Origin: an uncultured Actinomycetota bacterium | GTDB lineage: Bacteria; Actinomycetota; Actinomycetes; Actinomycetales; CAVURS01 | Assembly (NCBI GenBank): GCA_963795385.1 | Contig: CAWCHK010000012.1 | Coordinates: 2,443 to 66,442 of the forward strand | Direction: 5' to 3' | Length of the DNA: 64,000 bases | Program-made: the position numbers and the translations under genes | The notes under the pieces: model-generated | Told to the model about the DNA's origin: nothing | Seen by the model: only the letters and a program-made list of their open reading frames with translations | Database searches by the model: none | Shown: piece after piece, positions 54,199-63,497 of the stretch | Numbering within the stretch: position 1 is the first letter of the stretch | Layout of the letters: every line of letters starts with the position of its first letter

Positions 54199-55212
54199 TC
54201 AGTACGCCACGCGCTTGTAGTAGCGCCGGGTCGTGAGCGGGTGATCGGTGCGAACCTCGAGGTGGGCGCTCACGCGCTCGAGGACGGCGGCCAGGATCAC
54301 CGGCGAGATCATCGACCGGACCGCCGCCTCGATGCCGGGAAGGTCGTAGTCCGCGGCGTCGAGCACCAGCACCTGGTCGGTGACCGTCGCCGCGAACTTC
54401 TCGACCCGCTCCACCAGCGGGCGGCTGGTGTCCTCGCCTTTGAGCAGGACCACGCTGACGCCCTGCTCCAGCAGCTCCAGCGTCCCGTGGAAGAAGTCGG
54501 AGGAGTGCACGGGCCGGGTCCGGATCCACTGCATCTCCTCGAGGATGCACATGCCGTAGTACCACGCTTCGGCCCAGGTCGACCCGGCACCACTGATGAC
54601 GTGGAAGTCGCTGCCCTGCAGGCGCGCCGCCACCTCGTCCGCCTGCTTCTCGGCCTGCTCCTTGACGCCGAGCAGCAGCTCGGGCAGGCGCTGCAGCTGA
54701 GCCACGATGCCGGCGTGGCCGTCCATCTCGCCGCGCACGTCGAGGACGGCGAGGGCGACGAGCAGGGACTGGAGGTAGAACGACTCGCAGGAGGTGTCGT
54801 CCTCGGCGAAGTTGACGAAGCCGTGGTCCGCGCCGTCGGCCAAGGGGGTGCCGTCGTGACCGGTCAGCGCGAGGATCGTCGCCCCGGCGTCGCGGCAGAA
54901 CTGCAGCGCCGCAACACTCTCCGAGGTGGTTCCCGACAGCGAGGGGATCACGACCAGCGAGTCGGGACCGAGGTTGACGTTGCCGCTCTCGACCAGCTCG
55001 GCCGGATTCACGACCTGGACGGGCAGGGTCGAGTGCGACGCGAGCAGCTGGGCGGCGGGCAGCATCAGGATGCCCGCGCCGCCGGACCCGACGAAGAACA
55101 GGTTGCGGCCGCCGGCCCCGAGGCACTGGCTGACCGCGTCGTACAAGCGATCGGCCAGCGCCGCGGCACCGGACTGGATCCGGACGTAGCGGTCCGGGTC
55201 GAAGCTCAACAT
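54199..55212 (-). CDS. Fructosamine-6-phosphate deglycase-like SIS protein
   Basis: GSGG, SLSGTTSES, CILEEMQW, DFFHGTLE, RRYYKRVAY. Confidence 0.82.
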   Translation of the reverse strand: MLSFDPDRYVRIQSGAAALADRLYDAVSQCLGAGGRNLFFVGSGGAGILMLPAAQLLASHSTLPVQVVNPAELVESGNVNLGPDSLVVIPSLSGTTSESVAALQFCRDAGATILALTGHDGTPLADGADHGFVNFAEDDTSCESFYLQSLLVALAVLDVRGEMDGHAGIVAQLQRLPELLLGVKEQAEKQADEVAARLQGSDFHVISGAGSTWAEAWYYGMCILEEMQWIRTRPVHSSDFFHGTLELLEQGVSVVLLKGEDTSRPLVERVEKFAATVTDQVLVLDAADYDLPGIEAAVRSMISPVILAAVLERVSAHLEVRTDHPLTTRRYYKRVAY

Positions 55213-55214
55213 GC

Positions 55215-56213
55215 TCAGTAGTCCACCTTGAACATGTAGTGCCGCTGCTCGAGGTCGTGGCCGCGCAGCGCCTCGTAGTGCTGGGCCAGCCGGTTGGCCA
55301 GCGCCCCGACCACGATGCCGGAGACGTCGCCGCGGAAGTCCTTGGGGATGCCCGGCAGCGCCAGGTCGGCCACGTCGATGTACTGCGCCTTCTTGCAGTA
55401 CGTCTCGAGGAACCGCTTGCCGCGCTCGGCCATCGGGCGCGTGGCGTCGTCGCCCAGCCACAGCAGCACGGCCGTGTCGTCGTTCACCATCTCGAACGCG
55501 CCCTGGAAGAACTCGCCGGTGTTGAACGCCGCGGCGTGCTTCCACTGCATCTCCTGCAGGAAGCACATCGCCAGGCCGTACGCCCAGCCGTAGCAGGGGC
55601 CGGAGCCCAGCACGTAGGTGATCGGCTCGTCCTTGAACGCCTCCGCGACGTCCGCGAGGTGCGACTCGGACTCGGTGACGGCGTCGAGCACGGCGCTCGG
55701 CAGGGCCTCGAGGGTCGCAGTGAGGGCAGCGGGGTCGAGGTCGGCGCCGGTGGCCTCGAGCACCGCGTACGCGACGAGCAGCTCGAAGATGTCGCTCTTG
55801 CCGGAGAACGCCACATCGGCGGCCTCGGCGAGCGGGCTGCCCTCCTTGGCGGCCGCGATGACCGTGGCGCCGGTCGACTTCGCGGTCGACGCCGCTTGCA
55901 CCGTCTCCTTGGTCTTGCCGGTGTAGGACGCCAGCACGACGAGGGAGCCCGGGCCCATCAGCGCGGGGACGCTGGAGTTGAGCTCGTCGCTCTGCAGCTG
56001 GAACGCGGGGATCGAGCCGCGCTGCTGCAGGACGTAGTGGGCTGGGTAGCTGCAGATGATCGAGCCGCCCGCACCGACGAAGTAGACGTTGCGCAGGCCC
56101 TGTCCCACGACAGGTGCGATCGCCTTGGCAATGGCCTCACGCTCACCGACCGCCGCCGTGAGCTTGTCCACCGTGTCCACGTCGATGGGCTTGAGGGGAA
56201 GGGTGTCCGGCAT
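55215..56213 (-). CDS. Fructosamine-6-phosphate deglycase-like SIS protein (FrlB family)
   Basis: FVGAGGS, SYTGKTKETV, CFLQEMQW, EFFQGAFE, RHYMFKVDY. Confidence 0.82.
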   Translation of the reverse strand: MPDTLPLKPIDVDTVDKLTAAVGEREAIAKAIAPVVGQGLRNVYFVGAGGSIICSYPAHYVLQQRGSIPAFQLQSDELNSSVPALMGPGSLVVLASYTGKTKETVQAASTAKSTGATVIAAAKEGSPLAEAADVAFSGKSDIFELLVAYAVLEATGADLDPAALTATLEALPSAVLDAVTESESHLADVAEAFKDEPITYVLGSGPCYGWAYGLAMCFLQEMQWKHAAAFNTGEFFQGAFEMVNDDTAVLLWLGDDATRPMAERGKRFLETYCKKAQYIDVADLALPGIPKDFRGDVSGIVVGALANRLAQHYEALRGHDLEQRHYMFKVDY

Positions 56214-56236
56214 CCTGACTCTCCGTGTCTCGAGAT

Positions 56237-56273
56237 TGATAACGTTCTCAACGAATGATTGGGAACGCTCTCA
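56237..56273. promoter_or_regulatory. Pair of LacI-type operators TGATAACGTTCTCA / TGGGAACGCTCTCA
   Basis: 56237-56250 and 56260-56273; same consensus as 48899-48936. Confidence 0.75.
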
Positions 56274-56431
56274 TCGGAGGCGGGGCATGTCAAACGCTGT
56301 GATCGAATCGTGAGATACGGCGACCTCTGGCGAGCCGGCCCAGCGCGGTGGCCCGGGCCCGAGTCGGTCCACCGGTACGGTCAGGCCGGGGACGACCGGC
56401 GCAGGCCACGGTCGGTGGAGAGGAGGACGTC

Positions 56432-57523
56432 GTGAGCCAGATCGGTGGCGCAGGCATGGCCACGGTTCTCGACGTCGCCAAGGTGGCCGGGGTCTCGACG
56501 GCCACCGCGGCCCGCGCGCTCGGGCGCTACGGCTCGGTCAGCCCGTCGACCCAGCAACGGGTCCTCGACGCCGCGGCTCAGATCGGCTACCGGCCGAATG
56601 GCTTGGCGCGCAGCATGATCACCGGTCAGACGCACTCGATCGGGGCGGTGCTCGCCGACATCGAGAACCCCTTCTTCTACGGCGTCCTGCGGGGCATCAG
56701 CGATACCGCGCGGCGACACGGCTTCGACGTCCTGCTGGCCAACACCGACGAGGACCCCATCGACGAGCGCAAGGCGGTGTCGGCGCTGTTCGAGCGGCGG
56801 GTCGAGGGCCTCATCCTGTGCCCGGTCGAGGGCGACGACCGCTCCCAGCTGCGCTCGATCATCGACTCGAACGTGCCGGTCGTGCTGCTCGACCGCCCTG
56901 CGTCCGGCCTCAGGGTGGACAGCGTCGGGCTCGACAACCGGCGGGCGGCGTACGAGGTCACGTCCTACCTGCTCGAGCTCGGGCACCGGCGGATCGGCCT
57001 GGTCACGGGTGGCACGAAGGCGCTGCAGGACACCCTGCGGCAGCCGGGCATGAAGGGCGTCGAGCGGATTCCGCTCACGACGCTGGGGACTCGCGCGGCC
57101 GGCTATCGCGACGCGCTGCTCGAGGCGGGCATCGAGCCGCGGATGGACTACCTGACGTCCGGCGGCTTCCATCGCGACGACGCGACCGAGTCCGTGCGCG
57201 AGCTGATGGGCCGGCCGGACCCGCCGACCGCCATCGTGGCCTTCGACAGCATCCTGGCGCTCGGCGCGATGCTCGGGCTGCGCGCGATGGGCCTGCGCTG
57301 CCCCGACGACGTGTCGCTGATCGGGTTCGACGACGCGGAGTGGGCCGAGGTGGTCTCGCCGTCCTTGTCGGTCCTGCGTCAGCCGGTGCACGAGATCGGC
57401 GTCAAGGCCTGCGAGCTGCTGCTGCGCCGGATCGGCGACCGGGACCGGCGGCACACCCACCACCGGCTGCGCGGCCGGCTGGTCACCCGCGGCTCGACCG
57501 CACCGCCTCCGTCGCAGGGCTAG
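56432..57523 (+). CDS. LacI family transcriptional regulator
   Basis: TVLDVAKVAGVSTATAARAL, YRPNGLARS; GGAGGA RBS; alternative start 56456. Confidence 0.92.
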   Translation: MSQIGGAGMATVLDVAKVAGVSTATAARALGRYGSVSPSTQQRVLDAAAQIGYRPNGLARSMITGQTHSIGAVLADIENPFFYGVLRGISDTARRHGFDVLLANTDEDPIDERKAVSALFERRVEGLILCPVEGDDRSQLRSIIDSNVPVVLLDRPASGLRVDSVGLDNRRAAYEVTSYLLELGHRRIGLVTGGTKALQDTLRQPGMKGVERIPLTTLGTRAAGYRDALLEAGIEPRMDYLTSGGFHRDDATESVRELMGRPDPPTAIVAFDSILALGAMLGLRAMGLRCPDDVSLIGFDDAEWAEVVSPSLSVLRQPVHEIGVKACELLLRRIGDRDRRHTHHRLRGRLVTRGSTAPPPSQG

Positions 57524-57568
57524 GCGCGCCCGGTCGCCCGAGGAGCCGATCACAGCGCGAACCGCCGA

Positions 57569-58870
57569 TCACGGCCGATCCGGCTGGACGCCGTTCCGCA
57601 GGTAGGGCACGGTCTGCGGTCCTTCCGGCAGGACGCAGACCCGCGCTGGATGTCCGGTCCGCCGCTGGACGGCCCGGCACTCGGCGTCGATGGCCCCGGA
57701 GGGGTCGACCGCGGCAGTGAGGTGGGCGGCCTCGAGCTGGCGGGGGGTCAGGCCGTCCGCGTGGACCGCCACCCGAGCGTGGCCGAGAACCCGGGCCAGG
57801 ACCTGCACCTGCCACTGGTCCAGCTCGGGGCGGGCCCGGGTGGTGATCTCGCGGGCGATGGCATCCGGCGACGAGGCGCCCTCCAGGGTCGCGCGGAAGC
57901 GGCCATGGTCGGGGAAGCCGTCCCGGCACTGCGCCGCGACGACGATCAGGCCGCCGGGTCGCACGACCATGGCCGCGGCCGACATCCCTTTCACGGCCTG
58001 GTAGAGGTTCTGGTCGAGCGGGTACCCCGAGTTGCTGGTGAGGACCACGTCGTACGCCGACGGCACCGGTCGCATCGCCGTCGTGCGGACCAGCTCGCAG
58101 GCAGCAGCGTGCATGGCGAACAGCTCGCCGCCGAACGCCTGGACGATCCGCTGCTCCGCGTCGAGGACGACGTCGAGTGAGAACGCGACTCCGGTGGCCG
58201 CGGCGATGGCGCGGACGTCGTCGTGCACCGGATTGCCCTCGATCCGCCCCCAGGTCGCACGAGGGTCACCGATCCGCCGCCCGTCGTGCAGGGTCAGGAT
58301 CGTCTCCAGTCCCGCGAGCCCGGGAGCGACCAGCTTCGGACCGCCGCTGAACCCCGCGAAGAAGTGCGGCTCGACGAAGCCGGTCGTGATCCGGACGTCG
58401 GCGTCGAGCCAGGCCCGGTTCAACCAGACGGGTACGCCGGCTCCCAGGACCCCGCACCAGACCAGCCGCCCGTCATCCCGGCAGTCGTGGTCGAGGACGC
58501 GAAGGGACGACGCGAGCTGCGGTCCGAGCAGCCCCGCGCGCTCGACCTCGCTGGCGCTCCGATGGGTGCCGTTCGCCACCAGGACGGTCAGGTCGGCCGG
58601 GTCGAGGATCCCGGCCAGCTCGTCGAGGATCGCCCGCAGCATCCTCTCGCGCGGCTGCGGGCGGGTGATGTCGCAGATGGACACCGCGACCCGGTCCCCC
58701 GCTCGGACGACCTGCCGCAGCGGCGGCCCGCTGACCGGAGCCTGCAGCGCGCGGCGGAGCTCGGCGGCCGGATCGGCCACGGCCGCATGATGGGAGGGGC
58801 GCACGACCTCCGCGTCGTCCGGCACCTCGACGCCCAGCTGTCCCTCGCCGTAGGCGACCTCAACCCGCAT
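57569..58870 (-). CDS. larA: Nickel-pincer (NPN)-dependent lactate racemase family protein
   Basis: DITRP, GTHR, EPHFFAGFSGGPK, DQNLYQAVKG. Confidence 0.88.
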   Translation of the reverse strand: MRVEVAYGEGQLGVEVPDDAEVVRPSHHAAVADPAAELRRALQAPVSGPPLRQVVRAGDRVAVSICDITRPQPRERMLRAILDELAGILDPADLTVLVANGTHRSASEVERAGLLGPQLASSLRVLDHDCRDDGRLVWCGVLGAGVPVWLNRAWLDADVRITTGFVEPHFFAGFSGGPKLVAPGLAGLETILTLHDGRRIGDPRATWGRIEGNPVHDDVRAIAAATGVAFSLDVVLDAEQRIVQAFGGELFAMHAAACELVRTTAMRPVPSAYDVVLTSNSGYPLDQNLYQAVKGMSAAAMVVRPGGLIVVAAQCRDGFPDHGRFRATLEGASSPDAIAREITTRARPELDQWQVQVLARVLGHARVAVHADGLTPRQLEAAHLTAAVDPSGAIDAECRAVQRRTGHPARVCVLPEGPQTVPYLRNGVQPDRP

Positions 58871-58897
58871 CCGGCCCACCCACCATCGGTGGCGGCC

Positions 58898-59659
58898 TCA
58901 GGTCCGGGGCCGCAGCCGCAGGCCCGACATCCCACCGTCCACGGCCAGGTCGGCGCCGGTCGTGGACCCCGACCTGGGCGAGGCCAGGTAGAGCACGGCT
59001 CCGGCGACCTCCGCGGCCGAGACCAGCCGGCCGTGCGGCTGGCGAGCTTCGAGAGCCTGTCGCTCGGCCCGAGGATCCGCGGCGGTCTCCAGCAGCCGGG
59101 CCACCCAGGGAGTGTCCGCCGTCCCCGGGCTGACGGAATTGACCCGGATGCCCTCGGCGATGCCGTCGGCGGCCATGGCCCGGCTGAGGGCGAGGACGGC
59201 GCCCTTGCTCGCGGAGTAGACCGCGCGCTGCGGCAAGCCGGCCAAGGCCGCGATCGACGCCACGTTGACGATCGCCGCGCGGTCGGACGCGGCCAGGTAG
59301 GGCCACGCCGCGCGTGACACGCGAGCCGTGCCGACGACGTTGACGTCCAGGACCCGGGCCCATTCCTCGTCCGTGCTGTCCTGGACACTGCCCTGGGCGC
59401 CGATGCCGGCGTTGTTGACCACGACGTCCAGACCGCCGAGGCGATCAGCCGCCTCGGCGACGGCCCGCACCACCGCCGCGTCGTCGCTCACGTCGGCCTC
59501 CACCGCCAGGACCCCGGGCGGCAGTGAGCCGGTCGAGGGCCGCGCTCGGTCCAGCGCCGCCACGACGGCGCCCGCGTCGACCAGTGCCTCGACCACGGCC
59601 AGTCCGATCCCCGAGGCGGCACCGGTGACCAGCGCCCGAACTCCCGCGAAGTCGTTCAC
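58898..59659 (-). CDS. SDR oxidoreductase (2-keto-3-deoxy-sugar-acid dehydrogenase-like)
   Basis: TGAASGIG, NNAG, YSASK, PGTADTPWV. Confidence 0.85.
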   Translation of the reverse strand: MNDFAGVRALVTGAASGIGLAVVEALVDAGAVVAALDRARPSTGSLPPGVLAVEADVSDDAAVVRAVAEAADRLGGLDVVVNNAGIGAQGSVQDSTDEEWARVLDVNVVGTARVSRAAWPYLAASDRAAIVNVASIAALAGLPQRAVYSASKGAVLALSRAMAADGIAEGIRVNSVSPGTADTPWVARLLETAADPRAERQALEARQPHGRLVSAAEVAGAVLYLASPRSGSTTGADLAVDGGMSGLRLRPRT

Positions 59660-60501
59660 GCCTGCTCCAGCTCCTGTCGCTGTCGGCCCAGACCTTCGAT
59701 CTCCAGCTCTACCACGTCCCCGGCGCGCAGATAGGGGGTCGCCTCTGACCCCATCGCCACACCGGCCGGCGTACCGGTGTTGATCACGTCACCAGGTCGC
59801 AGAACCATGAACTGGCTTACGTACCAGACCAGATGGTCGATGGGGAAGATCATGTCGGACGTCGTCCCGTCCTGCCGCAGCGTGCCGTTGACCCACAGCC
59901 GAAGGGTCAGCGCCTGCGGGTCGCCCACGTCGTCAGCCGTCCTGATCCACGGCCCGAGGGGGTTGAAGGTCTCGCAGTTCTTCCCCTTGTCCCACTGACC
60001 GCCACGCTCGGTCTGGAACTCCCGCTCGCTGACGTCGTGGCTGATGGCGAAGCCCGCGATGCACGCGGCTGCCCCCTCCGGGGAGTCGAGGTAGCGCGCC
60101 GTCCGGCCGATCACCACGGCCAGCTCGACCTCGTAGTCGGTCTTGGTCGAGCCCCGTGGCACCAGCACCCGGTCGTGCGGTCCGACGACCGTGTCCGGTG
60201 TCTTCAGGAACAGGATCGGCTCGGCCGGGATTGCGGCCCCGGTCTCGGCCGCGTGATCGCGGTAGTTCAACCCGACGCACACGATCTTGCCGGGCCGGCC
60301 GAGCGGGGGGCCGAACCGCTCGCCCGCGTCGACGAGGGGGAGGCCGCCAGCACGCACGGCGGCCGCGATCTCCGGAAGCCGGCCCTCGGACAGGGCCTCG
60401 TCGATGCCGGGCACGACCTCGGAGACGTCGTGCCAGGCATCCGCGCCGATGCTGGCGACGGGTCGTTCCGCACCCGGTGGGCCGAGTCGAGCGAGTCTCA
60501 T
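59656..60501 (-). CDS. Fumarylacetoacetate hydrolase family protein (2,4-diketo acid hydrolase-like)
   Basis: CVGLNY.DHA.E, DYEVEL, HDVSER, KGK, TGTPAGV. Confidence 0.88.
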   Translation of the reverse strand: MRLARLGPPGAERPVASIGADAWHDVSEVVPGIDEALSEGRLPEIAAAVRAGGLPLVDAGERFGPPLGRPGKIVCVGLNYRDHAAETGAAIPAEPILFLKTPDTVVGPHDRVLVPRGSTKTDYEVELAVVIGRTARYLDSPEGAAACIAGFAISHDVSEREFQTERGGQWDKGKNCETFNPLGPWIRTADDVGDPQALTLRLWVNGTLRQDGTTSDMIFPIDHLVWYVSQFMVLRPGDVINTGTPAGVAMGSEATPYLRAGDVVELEIEGLGRQRQELEQA

Positions 60502-61475
60502 CCATCCTCCCCGGCAGCCACGAGACCGTCCTCGGTCAGAGTGTTCCAGAGGGCGTCCGGGACCGTCCGACGCCACCGCTCCATGAGGTCGTCGACCTGC
60601 TGTGGCGTCCGCAGCCCGACCACCACGCTCACGACCGCCGGATGGCGCCCGGCGAAGGCCACCGCCGCGGTGGGGAGGTCGACCCCGAACTGCTCGCAGA
60701 CCAGAGCCAGCCGGTGGGTGCGCTCGACCAGGGGCGCGGGGACGGCGCCGTAGTCGAACCGGACGCCGGGCTGCGGACGCGGCCGGGACAGGAGGCCCGA
60801 GTTGAAGATGCCGGCGTTGATCACGCCGACGCCCCGCTCGAGCGCGGCCGGCAGCAGGTCCTGACCGGCGCTCTGGTCCAGCAGGGTGTAGCGCCCGGCC
60901 ACCATCACGACGTCCACGTCCGTCTCCCGCACGAACCGGGTGAGCATCGCGGACTGGTTCATCCCTGCTCCGTACCCTCGGACGACTCCCGCCGCGCGCA
61001 GCTCGGAGAGCGCCGGCGCTGCTGCCTCGAGGGCCTCTCGGGCGTGGTCGTCGGGATCGTGGATCAACGCAAGGTCGATCCGGTCCAGGCCGAGCCGGAC
61101 CAGGCTGGCCTCGATCGACCGGAGCACTCCGTCCCGGGAGTAGTCGCGGACCCGGCGGTGCGTCGCCGGCACGGCGAATCCCTCGGGGTCCGGCTGACTC
61201 GGGTCGGCGGTGACCTCGAGCAACCGGCCGACCTTGGTCGAGACGACGAAGTCGTCCCTCGGGTAGTCCCGCAAGGCCTGGCCGAGGCGGCGCTCGGACA
61301 GGCCGAGGCCGTAGTGCGGCGCGGTGTCGAAGTACCGCACTCCCGCTTCCCAGGCCGCAGCGACCGCCTGGCTCGCCTCCTCCTCGGTCGTCGCCCGGAA
61401 GAGGTTGCCGATCTGCGCGCCGCCGAAGCCCAGCTCCGTGAGATCGAGCCCGGACCTCAGAGCGTGCGTCCTCAC
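60498..61475 (-). CDS. Aldo/keto reductase (L-fucose/D-threo-aldose 1-dehydrogenase-like)
   Basis: FDTAPHYGLGLSERRLG, STKVGR, IHDPD, GRYTLLDQ. Confidence 0.85.
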   Translation of the reverse strand: MRTHALRSGLDLTELGFGGAQIGNLFRATTEEEASQAVAAAWEAGVRYFDTAPHYGLGLSERRLGQALRDYPRDDFVVSTKVGRLLEVTADPSQPDPEGFAVPATHRRVRDYSRDGVLRSIEASLVRLGLDRIDLALIHDPDDHAREALEAAAPALSELRAAGVVRGYGAGMNQSAMLTRFVRETDVDVVMVAGRYTLLDQSAGQDLLPAALERGVGVINAGIFNSGLLSRPRPQPGVRFDYGAVPAPLVERTHRLALVCEQFGVDLPTAAVAFAGRHPAVVSVVVGLRTPQQVDDLMERWRRTVPDALWNTLTEDGLVAAGEDG

Positions 61476-62623
61476 CAGGGCGGCTCGCTGTCCAGCCGGG
61501 TGCCTGCGCGGACGGGGCGGATGTGCGGCCCGGCCCCGAAGGGCTCCTCGGGCGGCCTGCGGACCCGCGCGATCGCCTCCTCGTCAACGGCCACGCCCAG
61601 GCCCGGCGCGTCCCCGAGGACGAACCGGCCGTCCTCGACGGAGACGTCGACCGACAGCCCCGTCGGTGGGACGAGGTCCTGAAGCTCGGTGGCGATGTGG
61701 TTGGGTACGGCGGTTGCTGCGTGGACCAGCCCCAGCGGGGTGGTCCCGATCGGGCTGACCGGAAGGTCATAGGCGTGGGCCAGCGCGGCCACCCGCAGGA
61801 AGTGGGTGACCCCCCAGCCCGCCGCGGTCTGCACGACGTCCAGGGCACCGGCCGCCAGCAACGGCCGGAACTGCTCGAGCCCGGTGAGGTTCTCCCCGGC
61901 GGCGATCGAGGCCCGGACCCCGCGACCGACGGCCACCATCCCCTCCGCGTCCCACCGACGGACCGGCTCCTCGACCCAGATGAGGTCGACCGACCGCTCC
62001 AGCTCGCCCACGTGCCGGACGGCCTGCTTGCGGCTCCACGACTCGTTGGCGTCCAGCATCAGGCCCGGCCGGGAGGTGGGACCCGCCTCGGCCAGGACGT
62101 CGCGGACGATGCGGAGCCGGGCCAGGTCCCGGTCGACGTCGAGGCCGCCCTTCAGCTTGGCCGCGCTCACGCCGCGCTCGGCGTACGTCTTGTACACGGC
62201 CGCGAGCTCCTCGTCGGAGAGCGCGATGTCGAGCCCCGAGGCGTACGCCGTGACCGTCCGGTCCCGGCCGCCGAGCAGGCGCCAGAGGGGTTGCCCGGCG
62301 GCCTTGGCCTTGATGTCCCACAGGGCCGAGTCCAGGGCGCCGATGGTCCCGAACGGTGCGCCCGCGTGCCCGCTCTTGAACACCTGGCGCAGCATGCGGT
62401 CGTAGAGGGCGGAGGTGGCCCGGGGATCCTCGCCCTCGAGTGCGGCGAAGATCCGGCTCAGCTCCGTGTGCGACCCGATGCCGACGCCGGTGATGCCCTC
62501 GTCCGTGTCGACCAGGACGAGGTCGACGGTGACGACCCCGTCCAGGAAGACGCCGTTGGCGTCACCCACCGGCCGGCCCCAGTCGTGCACCGTCGTGAGC
62601 GTCCGATACCCGGTGATGCGCAT
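61472..62623 (-). CDS. Mandelate racemase/muconate lactonizing enzyme family (acid-sugar dehydratase-like)
   Basis: ALWDIKAK..GQPLW.LLGG, KLK, DAN, EEP, GEN. Confidence 0.88.
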   Translation of the reverse strand: MRITGYRTLTTVHDWGRPVGDANGVFLDGVVTVDLVLVDTDEGITGVGIGSHTELSRIFAALEGEDPRATSALYDRMLRQVFKSGHAGAPFGTIGALDSALWDIKAKAAGQPLWRLLGGRDRTVTAYASGLDIALSDEELAAVYKTYAERGVSAAKLKGGLDVDRDLARLRIVRDVLAEAGPTSRPGLMLDANESWSRKQAVRHVGELERSVDLIWVEEPVRRWDAEGMVAVGRGVRASIAAGENLTGLEQFRPLLAAGALDVVQTAAGWGVTHFLRVAALAHAYDLPVSPIGTTPLGLVHAATAVPNHIATELQDLVPPTGLSVDVSVEDGRFVLGDAPGLGVAVDEEAIARVRRPPEEPFGAGPHIRPVRAGTRLDSEPPW

Positions 62624-62624
62624 G

Positions 62625-63497
62625 TCAGCCCTTCACCCCGCCACCCACGAGCCCCCGCACGAGTGCACGTTGAGAGAGCATGAACACGATCGCCACCGGA
62701 ACGACGGCGAGAAGCGTTGCGAGAGCTAGCTCGGGCCGGAAGATGCCGAGCTGTTGACCGGCGCCGCCCACCGCCGGGTTGAAGGACGGCGTCGAGGAGA
62801 GCAGGCTCGACAGGCCCACTTGGATCGGGTACTGCGAGGAGTTGGCCAGCACCGCGTAGGGGAGGAAGAAGTTGTTCCAGTCGGACACAAAGCTGAAGAA
62901 GAGCACCAAGGCGATGATCGGCGTGGCCAGTGGCAGAGCGACGTAGCGGAACGTCGCCCATTCGCCGCAGCCGTCGAGGCGCGCTGCGTCGAGCAGGTCC
63001 CGGGGGATCGCCGTCGAGAAGTACAGGTAGGCCAGATAGACGCCGAACGGGAAGAACGAGAACGGCAGGATCACCGAGAGCACGTTCCCGATCAGGTGCA
63101 ACGCGTTGAGCTCCAGGAAGATCGGCAGCACGAGCGCGGCCGCCGGCATGATCATCACGACCAGGGTCATGGTCAGCACCAGCCTGCGACCGCGGAAGCT
63201 CCCCAGGGCCAGGCCGTAGCCGGCCGGTATCGCGGTGAACAGGACGATCGCCGTGGCGCTCACCGCGTAGAGCAGCGAGTTGGCGATCCAGGCGCGGTAG
63301 ATGTGGTCGCTGAACGCGTCCAGGTGCTGCCACGCCAGGGCGACCTGGTGAAAGCTGCCGAAGGTGAACGGCCCCCGTGACACCAGCTGCGAGTCGGACT
63401 TGGTCGGGGCGAGGACCAGCCACACCAGCGGCGCCACGAAGAAGACAGCGAAGGCGGCCAGGATGGCCAGCCGCGTGCCGCGCGCCAGCGCCCGCAT
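62625..63497 (-). CDS. Carbohydrate ABC transporter permease
   Basis: LDAARLDGC, DWNNFFLP. Confidence 0.9.
   Translation of the reverse strand: MRALARGTRLAILAAFAVFFVAPLVWLVLAPTKSDSQLVSRGPFTFGSFHQVALAWQHLDAFSDHIYRAWIANSLLYAVSATAIVLFTAIPAGYGLALGSFRGRRLVLTMTLVVMIMPAAALVLPIFLELNALHLIGNVLSVILPFSFFPFGVYLAYLYFSTAIPRDLLDAARLDGCGEWATFRYVALPLATPIIALVLFFSFVSDWNNFFLPYAVLANSSQYPIQVGLSSLLSSTPSFNPAVGGAGQQLGIFRPELALATLLAVVPVAIVFMLSQRALVRGLVGGGVKG

Noticed and set aside
59656..61848. 730-aa apparent FAH fusion
   Set aside because: The FAH gene starts at 60501 (ATGA overlap); the extension is an off-frame reading of the AKR and enolase genes
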